From an uncultured bacterium (GTDB taxonomy: Bacteria; Babelota; Babeliae; Babelales; RVW-14), in NCBI GenBank assembly GCA_963759805.1, contig CAVXAT010000001.1, positions 32,001 to 96,000 of the forward strand: a stretch of 64,000 nt of DNA, read 5' to 3'. The translations under genes were made by a program, and so were the position numbers. Positions 59,908-64,000 of the stretch are shown here, piece after piece (within the stretch, counting starts at the first letter, position 1; every line of letters starts with the position of its first letter). A model generated the notes under the pieces. That model saw nothing but the letters and a program-made list of their open reading frames with translations. It made no database searches and was not told where the DNA came from.

Positions 59908-60222
59908 TATAATTTTCCAATTAAAAACTAAGTTGAAATGAAGCGCACCAAGGCTTAAAAGCCGGGTATCGCGCGAAATTCCGCCATAGCCTCTGGCGAC
60001 GGCGAATAAACGCTGTAAAGCTAGGATTATACACATTTTTCTTATTAATTCAAAAAGATACAAAATTAATTTTTAGTTGATTGAAATCTATAATGCTTTG
60101 TTTTTCGCTTAAAACGGCTATTTTTGCTGTAAGGTTTGATTTTCGACCATGGATGGTTATAATAACGGTATATTTTGACCATGCATGGTTGAAAATGACA
60201 GATTAAGCTGGAAAGGTGGACC

Positions 60223-61584
60223 ATGAAGCGTTTAATTGATTATCATTTGCGTAAATGGAAAGATAGCCCATTGCGACAACCTCTTTTGCTCAGAGGGGCT
60301 CGTCAGGTGGGAAAAACTTATGCTGTAAGGGAGTTTGGAAAAACATTTACTTCGTTTGTAGAGATAAATTTTGAATCCAATAAAAAAGCAAAAACAATTT
60401 TTAACGCTGATCTTGATCCCAAAAGAATTTTACGAGAAATTTCTGCCATAACGGAGAAGGAGATTATCCCAGGACAGACACTTCTGTTTTTTGATGAAAT
60501 TCAGGCTGTACCTGATGGAATTTTAGCGCTGCGCTATTTTTATGAGATTATGCCCGAGCTCCACGTTATTGCAGCCGGATCATTACTTGACTTTGCCATA
60601 CAGCAGGTCGGTGTGCCGGTAGGAAGGGTTCAATTTTTATACATGTATCCAATGTCATTCATCGAATTTTTAGCTGCTCTTGAATATAACATTATTATTA
60701 AAGAGATTTTATCGCATTCCATTAATGAAGAGCTTGCATCAGTTATTCATGATAAAATTTTTGGCCTGCTCGGGAATTATTTAGCAATAGGTGGAATGCC
60801 ACAAGCTGTTGTCTGTTGGAAAAATATGCTGAATTTGCATGCATGTGCCCAGGTGCCGGAAACCCTTGTTGCCGCCTATCAATTTGACTTTGTAAAATAT
60901 GGGAAAAGTCATCAAATCAAGTATCTTGATTTACTTTTTTCGCGCATTCCTGCACAACTTGGGAAAATTTTTAAATACAGTCAAATAGGTGATTTTAGAA
61001 AAAGAGAACTTGAACCGTGCGTGGATCTTCTGATCACTGCCGGGGTTATACATAGAGTAACACATTCTGAAGCTCAAGGTATTCCATTGGGAGCACAAGC
61101 CGATCTGAACTCATTCAAATTACTCTTCCTGGATGTTGGATTGAGTCAATTTATCCTTGATCTAAAAACGGGTGATTGGCTATTAAATCCCTTGGAAGAA
61201 TTTGTAAATAAAGGCATGTTGATTGAATCATTTGTTGGGCAAGAACTTTTGGCATATGAGCACCCCAGACGAAAAGCCCAATTATATTATTGGAAACGTG
61301 ATTCACGCGCAAGCGAAGCGGAAGTTGATTATATCGTTCAGCTTGGAAGGGAGATTATTCCAGTTGAGGTCAAAAGTGGTAAAGGCAGGACACTTAGAAG
61401 TATCCAACATTTCTTGGAGAGTCATAAGAATAGTCCGTATGGCATTCGGTTTTCAACAAATAATTACTCGGTTTACGAAAAAATTCATTCTTATCCATTG
61501 TATGCGATTGCCAATGTTGTTGCCACAGCTGACCAAGACGTTAAAGATTCATTGATTTCGTTGATTACGACAGTTACTCTTTAA
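60223..61584 (+). CDS. AAA_14 ATPase with DUF4143 domain
   Basis: GARQVGKT, FFDEIQ, AAGSLL, GGMP, DVGL, EVDY...PVEVKSG. Confidence 0.88.
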   Translation: MKRLIDYHLRKWKDSPLRQPLLLRGARQVGKTYAVREFGKTFTSFVEINFESNKKAKTIFNADLDPKRILREISAITEKEIIPGQTLLFFDEIQAVPDGILALRYFYEIMPELHVIAAGSLLDFAIQQVGVPVGRVQFLYMYPMSFIEFLAALEYNIIIKEILSHSINEELASVIHDKIFGLLGNYLAIGGMPQAVVCWKNMLNLHACAQVPETLVAAYQFDFVKYGKSHQIKYLDLLFSRIPAQLGKIFKYSQIGDFRKRELEPCVDLLITAGVIHRVTHSEAQGIPLGAQADLNSFKLLFLDVGLSQFILDLKTGDWLLNPLEEFVNKGMLIESFVGQELLAYEHPRRKAQLYYWKRDSRASEAEVDYIVQLGREIIPVEVKSGKGRTLRSIQHFLESHKNSPYGIRFSTNNYSVYEKIHSYPLYAIANVVATADQDVKDSLISLITTVTL

Positions 61585-62758
61585 CTCTTCTTGCAAGCAA
61601 AGGATTAATGCGTGTAACAATTTCATAGTTGATGGTTTGGCAACATTGAGCCATTTTGTCAGCTGTTATGCCCGCATGGTCGCCCAGCAAAGTTACTTCA
61701 TCTTCAAGACAAACTTTTAAGCCCGTAATATCTACGGCGCAAAGATTCATAGAAATTCTACCAACAATTGAAGCGAGTTGGTTGTTGATCAATACTTTTC
61801 CCTTATTTGATAGCCTTCTATCAAGCCCATCCCAGTAACCAACCGGAAGGATGGCAATTCGTGCTTGTTTATCAGTCTTGTGTGTACGATCGTAACCGAT
61901 GTAGCTGCCTGCTGGCAGGTCTTTGATTTGAATAATTTTTGTTTTCCAAGTTAAAACAGGTTTTAGAGAAAACTGCGGATAAGATTGTTGTGTCATCTGT
62001 TTGTTCTCATGAGATGGCCACAAACCGTATAAACCAATTCCTACTCTTACCAAAGTATGGTGGCTTGCTGTGTTTGCAGTAGCAGCGGCAGAACAAGCAG
62101 CATGTTTTAAAGGAATTGATACTCCCATCGATTCTAATTGATTAATGAGATTATCAAATCGCTCGATCTGGTAATTCGTAAATGTCTGATCTGTACTTTC
62201 TGATTCAGCAAAATGAGTGAAGATCCCTTGAACGGAGACAAAAGGTAATTTGCAAATACTGTTAATGGTTTTTAGAATTTCATCATTATTCAGTCCAAGC
62301 CGTGAAAGTCCTGTATCTACTTTAAGATGGATGATAGCCTTTTTATTCACTATTTTTCCCAAGTTATTAAGTTCCAAAATAGTGTTAACATCATACATCA
62401 CCAAACCAATATTCTGAGTAATTGCATCTTGTAAATTGCCATCTGCGACGATACTTAAGACAAACAGCGGTTTGCTGATACCTATTGATCTTAAAAATAG
62501 TGCTTCATGCAAACTTACAACAAATAACATGTCGACAGAATTATTCTGATCACAAATTTTTGCAATTTGCTCGATACCATGGCCATATGCGTTGCTTTTG
62601 ATTACACAAGCGAGTGATGCCGGTTTTATAACAGCTTTGTAGTTACTTATGTTATGTTCAAATGCTTTTTTATCAATTTCAACCCACGAACTGGCTGGGG
62701 CTTCTTTCATGTAAGTTATAAAAGAATCTTTAACTTTTTCTTTATTGGAAACTATCAT
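61574..62758 (-). CDS. alr: Alanine racemase
   Basis: VIKSNAYGHG PLP lysine, HLKVDTG.SRLG, VRVGIGLYG, IGY, VGRISM, TINYE. Confidence 0.95.
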   Translation of the reverse strand: MIVSNKEKVKDSFITYMKEAPASSWVEIDKKAFEHNISNYKAVIKPASLACVIKSNAYGHGIEQIAKICDQNNSVDMLFVVSLHEALFLRSIGISKPLFVLSIVADGNLQDAITQNIGLVMYDVNTILELNNLGKIVNKKAIIHLKVDTGLSRLGLNNDEILKTINSICKLPFVSVQGIFTHFAESESTDQTFTNYQIERFDNLINQLESMGVSIPLKHAACSAAATANTASHHTLVRVGIGLYGLWPSHENKQMTQQSYPQFSLKPVLTWKTKIIQIKDLPAGSYIGYDRTHKTDKQARIAILPVGYWDGLDRRLSNKGKVLINNQLASIVGRISMNLCAVDITGLKVCLEDEVTLLGDHAGITADKMAQCCQTINYEIVTRINPLLARRVKE

Positions 62759-62782
62759 GGAATACTTTCTTTTAATTATTGT

Positions 62783-63790
62783 CTAAGCATTCTCTATCTT
62801 GCTGTTCTCTATCTCGCCTGCAAGTATTGCATCCGCTTCTTTATCGGTCAACCAGAGATTGTCATGCTTAAGAAAATCAAGCTGTAAAAGTGCTCGGCTG
62901 GTACTCCACTGGCCACATAATTTTTTGCCCCCCAGCATTTGATAGCCGGCAAATGCTATCTTCTTTTTTGCACATGCACTTGCAATCGAGTTAAGATCAT
63001 CTTCCTGATCATCGAAAGAGATAATCTGTGTAGGTTTAAAGTGATTTGGGTCCTTGGCTAAATGGTCCAGAAAGGCTTCCAATACCTTTCCTTTGTCTGT
63101 CCGATTTGCGAAAATAATCCCCTTGTAAAGGCAAGGATTTTGGTTGCGATATTTTGGAATAGCTGTCAAAGAAACGTCGGAGATTTGTCCCTCAAAATTT
63201 ATCCCAAAATTGCTTAACATATCTGCGCGCCACTTCGGCATATTTTCAATACATCCATAAGGGCCGCTCCACATTGAGGTTAATGCAACAACGGTGCATC
63301 CTTGGCGTCGTATCTGTTTGATAATATTGACAATATCTGGGTCAAAAACGAAGCGTTGGGCCTGTTGAAATATAAGACCCAACACCGGTTCTATTGAACT
63401 TTTGCTTAAAAGAAGTCCGGGATATTTAAGGAGTGCACGTATCCCGAACCATAATGGAAAGTCAAAATTGGCCATGACATCAGCTGCCGTAATCAACGTG
63501 TCATCAACGTCAAACGTGACCAATGTTTTTTTGTCGCAAGCATCAAATATTTTTTGTACTTCACGGTAAGTTTCAATTTGCTTGAACGGTCCAGATGAAG
63601 GCTCTTTAAAAAACCAGTTACTTCTTAGCGACATGAATGGCATAATTGTCGAACTGACAAATGCTAATGTAAAAAGTATAAATTTTGCTTTTGAATGTTT
63701 TAAATGCCAAAACAATGCAGCCTCTTTCGGGTTTATATTATTATTAAAATTTACGAGCTCTAATGCATTTAAGGCTAACTGATATGGCAA
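62783..63790 (-). CDS. DUF2608-like HAD-superfamily protein
   Basis: LVTFDVDDTL, ALTS, KG, IISFDD; true start probably downstream of 63790. Confidence 0.7.
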   Translation of the reverse strand: MPYQLALNALELVNFNNNINPKEAALFWHLKHSKAKFILFTLAFVSSTIMPFMSLRSNWFFKEPSSGPFKQIETYREVQKIFDACDKKTLVTFDVDDTLITAADVMANFDFPLWFGIRALLKYPGLLLSKSSIEPVLGLIFQQAQRFVFDPDIVNIIKQIRRQGCTVVALTSMWSGPYGCIENMPKWRADMLSNFGINFEGQISDVSLTAIPKYRNQNPCLYKGIIFANRTDKGKVLEAFLDHLAKDPNHFKPTQIISFDDQEDDLNSIASACAKKKIAFAGYQMLGGKKLCGQWSTSRALLQLDFLKHDNLWLTDKEADAILAGEIENSKIENA

Positions 63791-64000
63791 AAATATTCAA
63801 ATGCATTAAATATCGCAACGGGTTGCTGGCTTTGCAGGACCGTGGCTGGGTTCTAAAAAATCACACTAGTAATTTTTCGCAATAAAAAACATAATTTTTT
63901 GTGTCTTAGTATTTTCAGTTAATTGGCTTGTGGTAGTCGCTTGTTGCTTATTGCAAACCATGGTAACTTTGTGGTGTAAATTGTGATAATAATGTTAATT

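Overview
AT-rich bacterial chromosome segment. The gene content and many signal-peptide orphan genes suggest an amoeba/protist-associated lineage such as Candidatus Dependentiae (TM6/Babeliae); this is inference only. Bases 1-20.8 kb are mostly core genes: ftsH, rpmB, rpsT, two HIT proteins, trxB, a DHH phosphoesterase, a FolC-like protein, galU, pheS, mraY, and tRNA-Leu, -Val and -Asn. The 3' end of tRNA-Asn (GGAGCCAT, 20793-20800) starts a ~27 kb island that I read as a tandem array of serine-recombinase-integrated elements, with the same core at 31214, 44290 and 47686. Element A carries two large serine recombinases (LSRs), two beta-lactamase-fold hydrolases, a gene II/X-like Rep and a RelE-type toxin-antitoxin pair. 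Element B carries an LSR, a MerR-HTH, a primase, a mirror-symmetric iteron origin, a helicase and hydrolase cargo. Remnant C carries an IS3 element and a DUF1796-like gene. The main finding is that the att core lies inside the integrase reading frame, encoding its Trp-Leu. Integration and excision would therefore swap the integrase C-terminal tail, and open 36-40 codon alternative tails sit at each junction. Other findings are two identical IS982 copies that split genes, a MITE with a 13-bp target duplication nested inside a REP, nested REP hairpins abutting tRNA 3' ends, an 852-bp tandem duplication of a histidine phosphatase, a WbdD-like methyltransferase-kinase, and an orphan RecT/Bet. All family calls come from motif recognition, not database searches.
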